Assembly: GCA_017507065.1 (NCBI GenBank)
Contig: JAFWBO010000093.1
Location: forward strand, 1-46,930
DNA from: Kiritimatiellia bacterium
GTDB lineage: Bacteria > Verrucomicrobiota > Kiritimatiellia > RFP12 > UBA1067
Direction: 5' to 3'
DNA length: 46,930 nucleotides
Of this stretch, positions 6,972 through 15,521 are shown piece by piece (positions within the stretch are counted from its first letter, which is position 1; every line of letters begins with the position of its first letter). The notes below the pieces were generated by a model that did no database searches, was not told the DNA's origin, and was given only the letters and a program-made list of their open reading frames with translations. A program made the translations under genes and the position numbers.

Positions 6972-7562
6972 CTATCTGAATCCGAGTATTTTGTGCAACT
7001 GAACCGACAGCGCCCATCTGTCTCCGAGCTTGGCGAGGACGCTCTTCGCCGCGGCAAAATCGATTTTACCGTCGCGTTCGCAAGGAGAAACATACCAGTC
7101 TGTCGCCGAAATGCGCTTTTCGAGGCCGGAGCAGAACGCGGCCGCGTCTTCGGACGAAGCGACAACTCGCACTTCATCGGCTTCTTCGAGAACGAGACTT
7201 TCCGGATATTCCGCCTTGGGAGAGCAAGCCACATAATCTACAAAAGCAAGCCACGGGGCCCGGACAGTGCCGTTCGTCTCCACGGCGATCCAGAACCCGC
7301 GCTTCTTCAGTTCCGCCACCAGCTCTTCGACTCCCGGCACCGCCGCAGGCTCGCCGCCGGTGAGAACCACCCTGCCGCATGAAAGCGACTCCGCTTCGTC
7401 GGCGATTTCCTCCGCGCTCGCCTCGAAACGCGCGGTCTTGTCGGTGTCGCACCATGGACAGGCGAGATTGCATCCGGCAAAACGCACGAAAACGCAGCGT
7501 TTGCCCTGGTTGCGCCCCTCCCCCTGGAGAGATTTGAAAATCTCGACGAGGCGGTATTTCAC
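6972..7562 (-). CDS. queE: 7-carboxy-7-deazaguanine synthase (radical SAM)
   Basis: (V)KYRLVEIFKSLQGEGRNQGKRCVFVRFAGCNLACPWCDT carries the CxxxCxxC radical-SAM cluster and the QueE N-terminal signature. GTG start at 7562 forms a GTGA overlap with the stop of the upstream gene. Confidence 0.85.
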   Translation of the reverse strand: MKYRLVEIFKSLQGEGRNQGKRCVFVRFAGCNLACPWCDTDKTARFEASAEEIADEAESLSCGRVVLTGGEPAAVPGVEELVAELKKRGFWIAVETNGTVRAPWLAFVDYVACSPKAEYPESLVLEEADEVRVVASSEDAAAFCSGLEKRISATDWYVSPCERDGKIDFAAAKSVLAKLGDRWALSVQLHKILGFR

Positions 7563-8671
7563 AGCTTGCCGAGCAGGTTCCTTATTGAACGCTCTCGCGC
7601 TTCTATCGATTCGCACAGCCTGAACTGCACGCGGGCGCGGTTGAGGTTCTGCTCCGGCCGCGACGTCTTGAAGTAGACGTTGCCGGCGAGATAGTCGCGG
7701 AAAAACCTCAATCCGAGCTCGAACGGCAGAAGCCTGATGGAATCGTAGAGATATGCGCGGTCGGCATCGGTCATGAACGAACCGGCTTCGCGCATGTATC
7801 CCTTGCAGAACGCAGTGCAGAGATCTTCGTCGAATACGACCTTCGAAAGATTCTGCTCCTCCTCGCCCGCCGGGTTGCATATCGAGCGCAGCGCATCGCC
7901 GAAATCTACATGGACGAGCCCGGGAGAAACGGTGTCGAGATCGATCATCGCGGTGCCCTTGCCCGTGACGTCGTCGATCATTATGTTGTTGACCTTCGGG
8001 TCGCCGTGGAACATTCTGCGCGAAAGCTCGCCCCTGGCCACGGCGCCTTCGAGACAAAGCGCGAACGAACGCCTTTCGTCGATGAACTTCGCAAGCCTTT
8101 TCGCCTCCATCGAAGCGCCCAGAAGCGCTTTCGCCTCCGGCGTGGCGAGCGTTGCATCGTATTCGGCGAGATAGCCGCTCGTGACATGGAAACCGGGAAG
8201 CGGATCTTTAAGCACCGACGGATCGAGGTCGCTTATGAGGTAGTGGAAATGCCCGAGCGCGGCGCCGCATTCGAGCGCGTGTTCCGGGCCTTGCGCCACA
8301 TCGAACGCATGTGCCGACATTATTCGCGTTATGACGCGCCATATGTCGCCTTTCTCGTCCACGACATAGTCGGAAGAGTCTTTCGCCTTGATGATCCGCG
8401 GCATCTGCCACACCCTGTCGTCGCGGCCGGCCACGGCATCCGCCTCGAGCTTCTCGTGGCAATGGCGCGTGACGGCATGCATGTTCTCCATGATCTCTTC
8501 CGGATGCGGGAAAACGAGGTTGTTGACCTTCTGGAGCACCACCTGGTTCTCGGTGAAAGTGTTCCGGTAAATCGCGAGATACGTATCGTTTATGTTGCCG
8601 TTGCCGAACTGCGTCAATGCAACGAGACGCCCTTTTACGTTGAATTTGTCCATGAGAATCGTCAGATCCAT
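7559..8671 (-). CDS. APH-fold phosphotransferase, N-acetylhexosamine-1-kinase (NahK)-like
   Basis: 370 aa. Motifs: FGNGNINDTYLA near the N-terminus, HGDPKVNNIMID (catalytic loop) and IDLDT. Substrate cannot be determined from the sequence. Confidence 0.65.
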   Translation of the reverse strand: MDLTILMDKFNVKGRLVALTQFGNGNINDTYLAIYRNTFTENQVVLQKVNNLVFPHPEEIMENMHAVTRHCHEKLEADAVAGRDDRVWQMPRIIKAKDSSDYVVDEKGDIWRVITRIMSAHAFDVAQGPEHALECGAALGHFHYLISDLDPSVLKDPLPGFHVTSGYLAEYDATLATPEAKALLGASMEAKRLAKFIDERRSFALCLEGAVARGELSRRMFHGDPKVNNIMIDDVTGKGTAMIDLDTVSPGLVHVDFGDALRSICNPAGEEEQNLSKVVFDEDLCTAFCKGYMREAGSFMTDADRAYLYDSIRLLPFELGLRFFRDYLAGNVYFKTSRPEQNLNRARVQFRLCESIEARERSIRNLLGKL

Positions 8672-10224
8672 CTGCCGCCTCCTTTCTTTTTTCCGCCACG
8701 CGCCCTGCGCCCGGACGAAACGGCCGGGACGAAATCGATCCTGCGCGTTTTCGGATCGACCCTGTCGAGCATAACATCCATTTCATCCCCCGTGCGCCAG
8801 CTTTCGCCGCCGGGCGCGGAAAGAGAAGAATCGCTGGAATTGAAAATGACGTATCTGCCGGAAAGACTGCTTATGTGCACAAGCCCCGACACGCCGAGAG
8901 ACGGTATGTCGACAAAACATCCGAACGGCATGCATTTTGAAATGACGGCACGGTACACTTCGCCCTTTCTGCCGCTTTTCATCATGAACCGCGTCTTCTT
9001 CATGTCGGCGAGCTCGCGCTCAGCTTCGGCGGCCGTCTCTTCCGTTTCGCTCAGATGCGCGCATATTCCGGCAAGCTTCGAAGCCGGCATGCGCGTGTGC
9101 TTGCCCGAAAGAGAATCTGCGAGGATTCGGTGGAGCACGAGATCGGCATATCTGCGTATCGGGGAGGTGAAATGTGCATAATATCTCTTGGCAAGCCCGA
9201 AATGCCCCATCGAACCGGCATCGTATACCGCTCTCTTCATGCTGCGCAGGACCATGACGGCGATGACCGGATAAAGCGGATGTTTTTTCACCGAAGCGAG
9301 AAAGCGAGTGAAAACGTTGATGTCGCACAGATTTCCGGTCTTAACCCCCATGCCGGCAAGCTCCGCGCGCAACATCCGCAGCTTTTCCTCGTCAGGCCCG
9401 TCGTGGAAGCGCGCCGGTATTCTCACGCCTTTCGACGCGAGGAAGAAAGCGACGGCTTCGTTCGCCGCGACCATGCACTCTTCGATCATTATGTGGCTCT
9501 CGTCGTACGGACGCTTTTCGAGGCGCACCATTTCGCCGCGACCGTCGAGCACCATCTCGTACTCCGGAGTCTCGAGATCGAGCGCGCCTGCGGCGAAACG
9601 TTTGGCGCGCAGCTCGGCAGCGAGCGAATTTATCGCCCGCAGAGTCTTGAGACGCGCCGCCGGGATGGACGCGCTCTCCCCGCGCAGCGCGGCAGTGACG
9701 GCCGAATACTCGAACCTCGCCTTGGATCTTATCACCGATTTCGCGAACGAACGCCCGACGACGTTCCCGCCCGCGTCGAACGTGATGAAAACCGAAAACG
9801 CGAGACGGTCCTCTCCGGGGACGAGAGAGCAGAGATTGTCGGAAAGCAACGGAGGGAGCATCGGCAGGACGCGGCCCGGGAAGTATACGCTGTTGCCGCG
9901 CTTCGCAGCCTCTTTGTCTATCGCGCCCCCTGGACGGACGAAATGCGACACGTCCGCGATATGAACGCCGAGCACGCGCCTTCCGCTGGCGTCCTTTTCG
10001 AAAGACAGGGCGTCGTCGTAGTCCTTGGCCGAAACCGGATCGCACGTGAAAACGAACTTGCGCCTGAGGTCGAGCCTTTTGCCGCGAGTTTCCGCAAGAG
10101 CGGCGGCGGACGACGCCTCCTTGAGCACGCGCGGCGGGAATGCGAGAGGAAGAGAATGGAATTTCGCGACTGCCTCTATGTCCTTGCGAGGATCGGCGGG
10201 GAGTTCTGGCAGATTTCTTTCCAT
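8662..10224 (-). CDS. rnr: RNase II/R family 3'-5' exoribonuclease (RNB and S1 domains) lacking the N-terminal cold-shock/OB domains
   Basis: RNB motifs: DPVSAKDYDDALS, HIADVSHFV, HFGLAKRYYAHFTSPIRRYADLVLHR. C-terminal S1-like segment: GEVYRAVISKCMPFGCFVDI. Short basic tail. The ATG at 10224 is only 9 nt after the pilB stop, so there is no room for CSD domains. Confidence 0.8.
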   Translation of the reverse strand: MERNLPELPADPRKDIEAVAKFHSLPLAFPPRVLKEASSAAALAETRGKRLDLRRKFVFTCDPVSAKDYDDALSFEKDASGRRVLGVHIADVSHFVRPGGAIDKEAAKRGNSVYFPGRVLPMLPPLLSDNLCSLVPGEDRLAFSVFITFDAGGNVVGRSFAKSVIRSKARFEYSAVTAALRGESASIPAARLKTLRAINSLAAELRAKRFAAGALDLETPEYEMVLDGRGEMVRLEKRPYDESHIMIEECMVAANEAVAFFLASKGVRIPARFHDGPDEEKLRMLRAELAGMGVKTGNLCDINVFTRFLASVKKHPLYPVIAVMVLRSMKRAVYDAGSMGHFGLAKRYYAHFTSPIRRYADLVLHRILADSLSGKHTRMPASKLAGICAHLSETEETAAEAERELADMKKTRFMMKSGRKGEVYRAVISKCMPFGCFVDIPSLGVSGLVHISSLSGRYVIFNSSDSSLSAPGGESWRTGDEMDVMLDRVDPKTRRIDFVPAVSSGRRARGGKKKGGGRWI

Positions 10225-10232
10225 ACGTCCTG

Positions 10233-11924
10233 TCAAGTATACCGGAGGACTTCGTCCACCGTGGTGTAGCCGTCGAGAATCGCGCGCACGCCGTCCTCGC
10301 GCATCGTGCGCATCCCGAGCTCGCGCGCCTTCTCGCGGATTATGAGAGTCGGCGCACGGTTGTTGACGAGTTCTCTCAGAGGATCGGACATTCTGAGATA
10401 CTCGAACACGCCGCGGCGCCCCTTGTAACCGGTGCCGTTGCACGTGCGGCAGCCTCTGCCGTACCAGAAAGGCCTGTCTCCTATCTCCTCGCGGCGCATA
10501 TCGAGACGGTCGAGCGTCTCGTCATCGGGGACGTAGCGCTCTTTGCATTCCACGCAGCACGTCCTCACGAGACGCTGCCCGAGGACGCCTTGCAGAGTCG
10601 AGGCGAGAAGATACGGAGCGACGTTCATGTCGACAAGACGCATCACGGCTCCCGCCGCGTCGTTCGTGTGCAGCGTGGAAAACACGAAATGTCCGGTGAG
10701 CGCCGCCTGCACGGCTATCTCCGCGGTCTCGAGATCGCGGATTTCCCCGATCATCATCACGTCGGGGTCCTGACGGAGAAACGCCCTGAGAACCTTTGCG
10801 AACGTATTGCCCGCCGCCGTGTCGATCGGGACCTGCACGATGCCGTCGACGTTGTATTCGACAGGCTCCTCCGCCGTCAGTATCTTGGTGTCGATTTTGT
10901 TTATGCGCCTGAGAACGGAATAAAGCGTGGTGGTCTTGCCGGAGCCGGTCGGTCCGGTGACGATGAATATGCCGTTCGGCTTCTCGACATCCATCGTAAT
11001 CTGGTCGTAGACATCCTCGGGAAGGCCCACGTTTTCGAGATCGAGAGACGTTGTCGACTGGTCGAGAATTCGCATCACGACCGACTCTCCGAACGCCGTG
11101 GGGAGGCACGAGACGCGAAGGTCTACCGATTTGCCCGCCACCGTTATCGCAATGCGGCCGTCCTGGGGGATTCTCCGCTCGGCTATGTTGAGATTGGCGA
11201 GAATCTTGATGCGCGAAATTATCGCCGGAGCCATCTTGACGTCGGGAGCTTTCATCTCGTAGAGCGCGCCGTCTACGCGGTAGCGTATCTTGAGCTCTTT
11301 TTCGAAAGGCTCCACATGGATGTCGGAAGCCCGGTCGACCACGCCCTGGTAGAGGACGAGAGAGACGAACCGTATTATGGCCGAGCTGTTGGCCGCATTC
11401 GTTATGGAAGCAAGGTCGTTGGGGTTGGCGGAGGCGATATCGTCGTCGCCGTCGAGCCCTTCGCCGAGCGATTTAATCATGTCGGCGACCGACTCGTCCG
11501 AGTCGCCGTAGCTGGCCGCTATGCGTTCGGCGACGTCCTTCTCGCGCGCGAAAACGAACTTCGCCTCTTTCGAGAGCGTGAAAAGCAGCTCGTCCGAAAA
11601 ACGAGGATCGACGAGATCCGGCGTCGCGAACGTCACGGAAGTTTCGTCGCTCGCTATGGGGAAGACGTTGTACATCCTCGCCGTGGACGCCGGCACCGAC
11701 TCCGTCACCTCGCCGGGGACGTTGATGGTCGAAAGATCCACCGCCTCGGTGTTCTGGTCGGCCGCCATCAGGGAAAGAAGCTCGTCCTCGGTGACGATCC
11801 CCTGGTCGATCACGAGATGGCGCACGGTTTTCGATTCCGAGCGCGCGATGTCGGCAAGATCCGCCGCGGCGCTCTCGTCGATGTACCCGTTCTGGACGAG
11901 AAGCTGTAGAATCGGATCTGACAT
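10233..11924 (-). CDS. pilB: GspE/PilB-family secretion or type IV pilus assembly ATPase (copy 1)
   Basis: N-terminal T2SSE_N-like domain, Walker A GPTGSGKTTTLY, Asp/His boxes, and the C-terminal tetra-Cys motif CVECKERY...CRTCNGTGYKGRRG. Confidence 0.85.
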   Translation of the reverse strand: MSDPILQLLVQNGYIDESAAADLADIARSESKTVRHLVIDQGIVTEDELLSLMAADQNTEAVDLSTINVPGEVTESVPASTARMYNVFPIASDETSVTFATPDLVDPRFSDELLFTLSKEAKFVFAREKDVAERIAASYGDSDESVADMIKSLGEGLDGDDDIASANPNDLASITNAANSSAIIRFVSLVLYQGVVDRASDIHVEPFEKELKIRYRVDGALYEMKAPDVKMAPAIISRIKILANLNIAERRIPQDGRIAITVAGKSVDLRVSCLPTAFGESVVMRILDQSTTSLDLENVGLPEDVYDQITMDVEKPNGIFIVTGPTGSGKTTTLYSVLRRINKIDTKILTAEEPVEYNVDGIVQVPIDTAAGNTFAKVLRAFLRQDPDVMMIGEIRDLETAEIAVQAALTGHFVFSTLHTNDAAGAVMRLVDMNVAPYLLASTLQGVLGQRLVRTCCVECKERYVPDDETLDRLDMRREEIGDRPFWYGRGCRTCNGTGYKGRRGVFEYLRMSDPLRELVNNRAPTLIIREKARELGMRTMREDGVRAILDGYTTVDEVLRYT

Positions 11925-11925
11925 T

Positions 11926-13056
11926 CTATTCGCCCAGCTCCTCTGTGAGTTTCTGCATGATCCATTCCGGATCCTGCGATTTCGTTATAAGCTCTTCGTA
12001 CGAGATGAGACCGTCGCGGTAGTGGTTCATGAGACAGGCGTCGAGCGTTATCATGCCGAACTTCGCCCCCGTCTGCAGGTCTGACTTTATCATGTTCGTC
12101 TTGTTGTCGCGGATGCGGCTTCTGATGGCATCGGTCGAGGTCATTATCTCGAACGCCGCGATCCGCCCCTGCACCTGCCCGCCGCGACCGAGCTTCGGCA
12201 GGAGAATCTGCGAAATCACCGCCTGGAGGCCGGCCGCGAGCTGCGTTCTTATCTGCTCCTGCTGGTTTGTCGGGAACGCATCGACAATGCGGTCTATCGT
12301 TTCGGCCGCGCCTGTCGTGTGAAGCGTGGCGAAAACGAGATGGCCCGTTTCGGCTGCGGTGATCGCCGCGGATATCGTTTCAAGGTCGCGCATTTCGCCG
12401 ACGAGGATCACGTCGGGGTCCTGGCGGAGCGCGCGGCGGATCGCCTCGGCAAAGCTCGGCACGTCGTCGCCCACTTCGCGCTGCGTGATTATCGATTTTT
12501 TGGAAGAGTGGTAGAATTCGATCGGGTCTTCGATCGTGATTATGTGCACGCCCCGTTCGCGGTTGATCACGTCGATCATGGAAGCGAGGGTGGTGGATTT
12601 GCCCGAGCCCGTCGGACCGGTCACGAGGATAAGCCCGCGCGGCTTGAAAAGAAGCTCCCTCACCGTCTCCGGCAGACCTATCTGCTCGAGAGTGAAAAGC
12701 GACGACGGTATCTGCCTCAAAACTATGCCGTAGCGTTTTCTCTCTTTGAACACCGAAACGCGGAAGCGGGTGTCGAGCTTGGATTCCGGCTCGGAAGCGA
12801 GTTCTTCGGCGGTGCACAGCTCCCTGTACGCCAGGGCGTAGTCGGCGCCGCCGTTCTTCTCGACTTCGTCCATGTGCGCGGGCGACGAGATTTCGCGGCA
12901 GAGCCGCAAGGTGTCCTCCTCCGTGAGACTCTCGTCCGCGAGCGGGCAAAGCTCGCCGTGGACTCTCAAAAGCGGCGGCACGAGCGCGCGGATGTGAAGA
13001 TCGCTTCCTCCTTCGTCTATCGTCGCCTGGAGAAGATCTTTCATCGATATTTCCAT
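11926..13056 (-). CDS. pilT: type IV pilus retraction ATPase PilT
   Basis: 376 aa. Motifs: SDLHI, GPTGSGKSTTLASMID, LRQDPDVILVGEMRD, TGHLVFATLHT and an AIRSRIRDNK (AIRNLIRE-like) motif. Confidence 0.85.
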   Translation of the reverse strand: MEISMKDLLQATIDEGGSDLHIRALVPPLLRVHGELCPLADESLTEEDTLRLCREISSPAHMDEVEKNGGADYALAYRELCTAEELASEPESKLDTRFRVSVFKERKRYGIVLRQIPSSLFTLEQIGLPETVRELLFKPRGLILVTGPTGSGKSTTLASMIDVINRERGVHIITIEDPIEFYHSSKKSIITQREVGDDVPSFAEAIRRALRQDPDVILVGEMRDLETISAAITAAETGHLVFATLHTTGAAETIDRIVDAFPTNQQEQIRTQLAAGLQAVISQILLPKLGRGGQVQGRIAAFEIMTSTDAIRSRIRDNKTNMIKSDLQTGAKFGMITLDACLMNHYRDGLISYEELITKSQDPEWIMQKLTEELGE

Positions 13057-13089
13057 CTGTATGTCTCCCTGTCTTTCCTTCTCGCGCCG

Positions 13090-14754
13090 TCAATCGGCGT
13101 CTCCCATGGTGACCCTTAACACTTCGGACAGCGACGTCATGCCGCTCGCCACTTTGAGCATTCCGTCCTCGCGCAGCGTGCGCATCCCCATCTCGCGGGC
13201 CCGCTCGCGGAGAATCGTCGCGGGGGCGTGGTCGAAAATGAGCCGCTGGATCGTGTCGTCTATCTTGAATATCTCGAATATCCCCTTGCGCCCCTTGTAG
13301 CCCGTGCGCGAACACCTGTCGCATCCGGCGCCGCGGAACATCTTCTCGGGGACGGTCTTCGCCATGGCCCCGAGCATCTTGATGTCGCGTTCGGTCGGCG
13401 TGTACGGCTCGCGGCAGTTTTCGCATATGGCCCTCACGAGACGCTGGGCCATGGCCGCGCGGACGGCCGACGCCACGAGAAACGGCTTGACGCCTATGTC
13501 GAGAAGACGCGTTATCGCGCTCGGCGCGTCGTTGGTGTGGAGAGTGGAAAACACGAGGTGGCCCGTGAGCGCGGCCTCCATGGCGATGTCGGCCGTCTCC
13601 GCATCGCGGATTTCGCCTATCATCACGATGTTGGGCGCCTGGCGGAGAATAGACCTGAGCGCGGCCGCGAAATCCAGCCCGACGTCTTTGTTCACCTGCA
13701 CCTGGTTGATCCCGCTCATCTGGTACTCGACCGGATCTTCTACGGTGATTATCTTTTTGTCGGGCGTGTTGATCTGCCCGAGGCAGGCGTAAAGCGTGGT
13801 GGTTTTGCCGGAGCCGGTCGGCCCGGTGACGAGGACAACGCCGTCTGGGAGCTTGATGAGCCGCTCGAACTCCGCCTGGTCGTCGGTGAGAAACCCGAGC
13901 TGAGGCAGGCCGAGCGAAAGATTCTCCTTGTCGAGGATTCGCATCACGATCGATTCGCCGTGGTTCGTGGGGACGCTGCTCACGCGGAGATCGAGATCTT
14001 TGCCCGCCGCCGGTATCTGTATGCGCCCGTCCTGGGGAATGCGCTTCTCGGAAATCTTCATCTTCGACATGATCTTTATGCGCGAAATTATGGCGCTCTG
14101 GAGCCGCTTCGGCGGAGAGTCCATCTTGCGCAGCGCTCCGTCGATCCTGTACCGCACCCTGAACTCCTTCTCCATCGGCTCGAGATGGATGTCGGATGCG
14201 CGCATCTTTATGGCGTTGGTGATGAGAAGCGTGGCAAGTTTTATGACGGGAGCGTCGTCGCCTGTCGTTTCGCCCGAACCGTCGTCCTCGAGCCTGACGT
14301 GAAGATCCACGTCTGCCGTCTGCGGATACAGTTTCTCTATGGCGTGCTCCACCTCCGCGCGCGGCGATATGACGGCTTCCACGTCGCGGCCGTGGAGCAC
14401 GTATCTGAGAGAATCGATCGCATCGTACCCCATCGGATCGGAAAGCGCCACCGTGACGGAATCTTCGTCGGCCACGACGGGGGCGACGCCGTACTTGCGG
14501 GCGATGTCGGACGAAATCTCTTTCGTCACGGCCGGATCGATGGCTTCCGCGTTGATATGGCAGTATTTGAGGCCGAACTGGTCGGCGAGCGTGCCGAGTA
14601 CCTCGTCCTCGCTCACGACGCCTCCGGAAACGAGCACGTCGAGCGTCGTTTCGTTCTCGGCTTTCACGGATTTCGCGGCGGCATCGACCTGTTCCCCGGT
14701 CAGATAGCCGCGCTCCACGAGAAGCCGCGTCACATATTCATCGTTGCTGGTCAT
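13090..14754 (-). CDS. GspE/PilB-family secretion or type IV pilus assembly ATPase (copy 2)
   Basis: 554 aa. N-terminal T2SSE_N-like domain, GPTGSGKTTTLY, and CENCREPY...CDRCSRTGYKGRKG. Paralogous to 10233..11924. Confidence 0.85.
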   Translation of the reverse strand: MTSNDEYVTRLLVERGYLTGEQVDAAAKSVKAENETTLDVLVSGGVVSEDEVLGTLADQFGLKYCHINAEAIDPAVTKEISSDIARKYGVAPVVADEDSVTVALSDPMGYDAIDSLRYVLHGRDVEAVISPRAEVEHAIEKLYPQTADVDLHVRLEDDGSGETTGDDAPVIKLATLLITNAIKMRASDIHLEPMEKEFRVRYRIDGALRKMDSPPKRLQSAIISRIKIMSKMKISEKRIPQDGRIQIPAAGKDLDLRVSSVPTNHGESIVMRILDKENLSLGLPQLGFLTDDQAEFERLIKLPDGVVLVTGPTGSGKTTTLYACLGQINTPDKKIITVEDPVEYQMSGINQVQVNKDVGLDFAAALRSILRQAPNIVMIGEIRDAETADIAMEAALTGHLVFSTLHTNDAPSAITRLLDIGVKPFLVASAVRAAMAQRLVRAICENCREPYTPTERDIKMLGAMAKTVPEKMFRGAGCDRCSRTGYKGRKGIFEIFKIDDTIQRLIFDHAPATILRERAREMGMRTLREDGMLKVASGMTSLSEVLRVTMGDAD

Positions 14755-14765
14755 TTTCTAAATCA

Positions 14766-14793
14766 ATTATACCAAAAAAATCCATATTTTCAA
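14766..14793 (-). promoter_or_regulatory. sigma70 promoter with extended -10 upstream of the pilB2-pilT-pilB1 block
   Basis: The minus strand reads TTGAAA-16-(TGG)TATAAT, then 11 nt to the ATG at 14754. The -35 overlaps the stop of the upstream gene. Confidence 0.6.
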
Positions 14794-15521
14794 AGTGCGG
14801 CGTCGACCTCGATTTCAAAAAGCCATCCGTCGCGGCACACGTCCGCGACGAGAAAAAGCATCTTGTCCTCCGGCAGGCCGCGCGCGAGGACGGCCTGCCG
14901 CGAAGCGGCCGCGTCCTCCGGGCGCTTCACGTATGCGACGGCGCGCGAGACCTTCTCCCAGCGTGTTCCTCTCGAACGCAATATCGCCTCGACCGCATCG
15001 AGCGTGCAGCGCGTCTGCGCCGCCGCGTCGCATGGAAAGGCCACCTCGTGCGATCCGGGAAGTATCGCCGCCGTCCCGCTGACGTAAAGAACCCCGTCCG
15101 CCTCCGCCGCGCGGCTGAACGAACTTTTGTAGTCGGTCGCCGGAACCTGGAGCGGACTTTCCACGCTGTTCCATCCGCCTGGAGCGGCGAGGAAAGCCGC
15201 CGTCAAAGCGCCCTCGCCGGCTTTGAGACCGATTCCGGTCGACGCGGGAAGACGCACGATTCCGTTAGCCGCGAAAAACTCCGTGCGCACCCTGTTGAAG
15301 GCTGGATACCACGAATAAATGCCGTCGAGATAAAACCACGTGCGCACGACGTCTTTCCAGCCAAGCCCTGCCGCGGCGAGCGCCGCCGACATGGCGCGAA
15401 AAACATCCTTCGCCTGTTCTTCCTGGGGGGCCGACGGATCCGCCGGCGAAAACGGCCCGAGCGCGCCGGTTCCGGCGATGGAACCGAACAGCTCGCCTGT
15501 TCCGGAAAATCCTTCCTTCAT
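14790..15521 (-). CDS. RidA/YjgF-fold protein (FkbO/Hyg5-like extended Rid family)
   Basis: 243 aa. The C-terminal half (YVSGTAAILPGSHEVAFPCDAAAQTRCTLDAVEAILRS...VAYVKRPED) fits the Rid/chorismatase-like fold. The ATG at 15521 forms an ATGA overlap with the upstream stop. Confidence 0.45.
   Translation of the reverse strand: MKEGFSGTGELFGSIAGTGALGPFSPADPSAPQEEQAKDVFRAMSAALAAAGLGWKDVVRTWFYLDGIYSWYPAFNRVRTEFFAANGIVRLPASTGIGLKAGEGALTAAFLAAPGGWNSVESPLQVPATDYKSSFSRAAEADGVLYVSGTAAILPGSHEVAFPCDAAAQTRCTLDAVEAILRSRGTRWEKVSRAVAYVKRPEDAAASRQAVLARGLPEDKMLFLVADVCRDGWLFEIEVDAAL

Noticed and set aside
6971-7234. Upstream extension of the TonB-dependent receptor ORF (to 7234)
   Set aside because: It overlaps the C-terminal part of queE in another frame. 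The ATG at 6970 gives a plausible signal peptide directly upstream of the plug domain.
10225-10443. Upstream extension of the RNase R ORF (73 extra codons) as a possible remnant of the missing N-terminal domains
   Set aside because: The extension overlaps the conserved C-terminus of PilB in another frame and translates to Arg-rich low-complexity sequence with no CSD/OB-like pattern.
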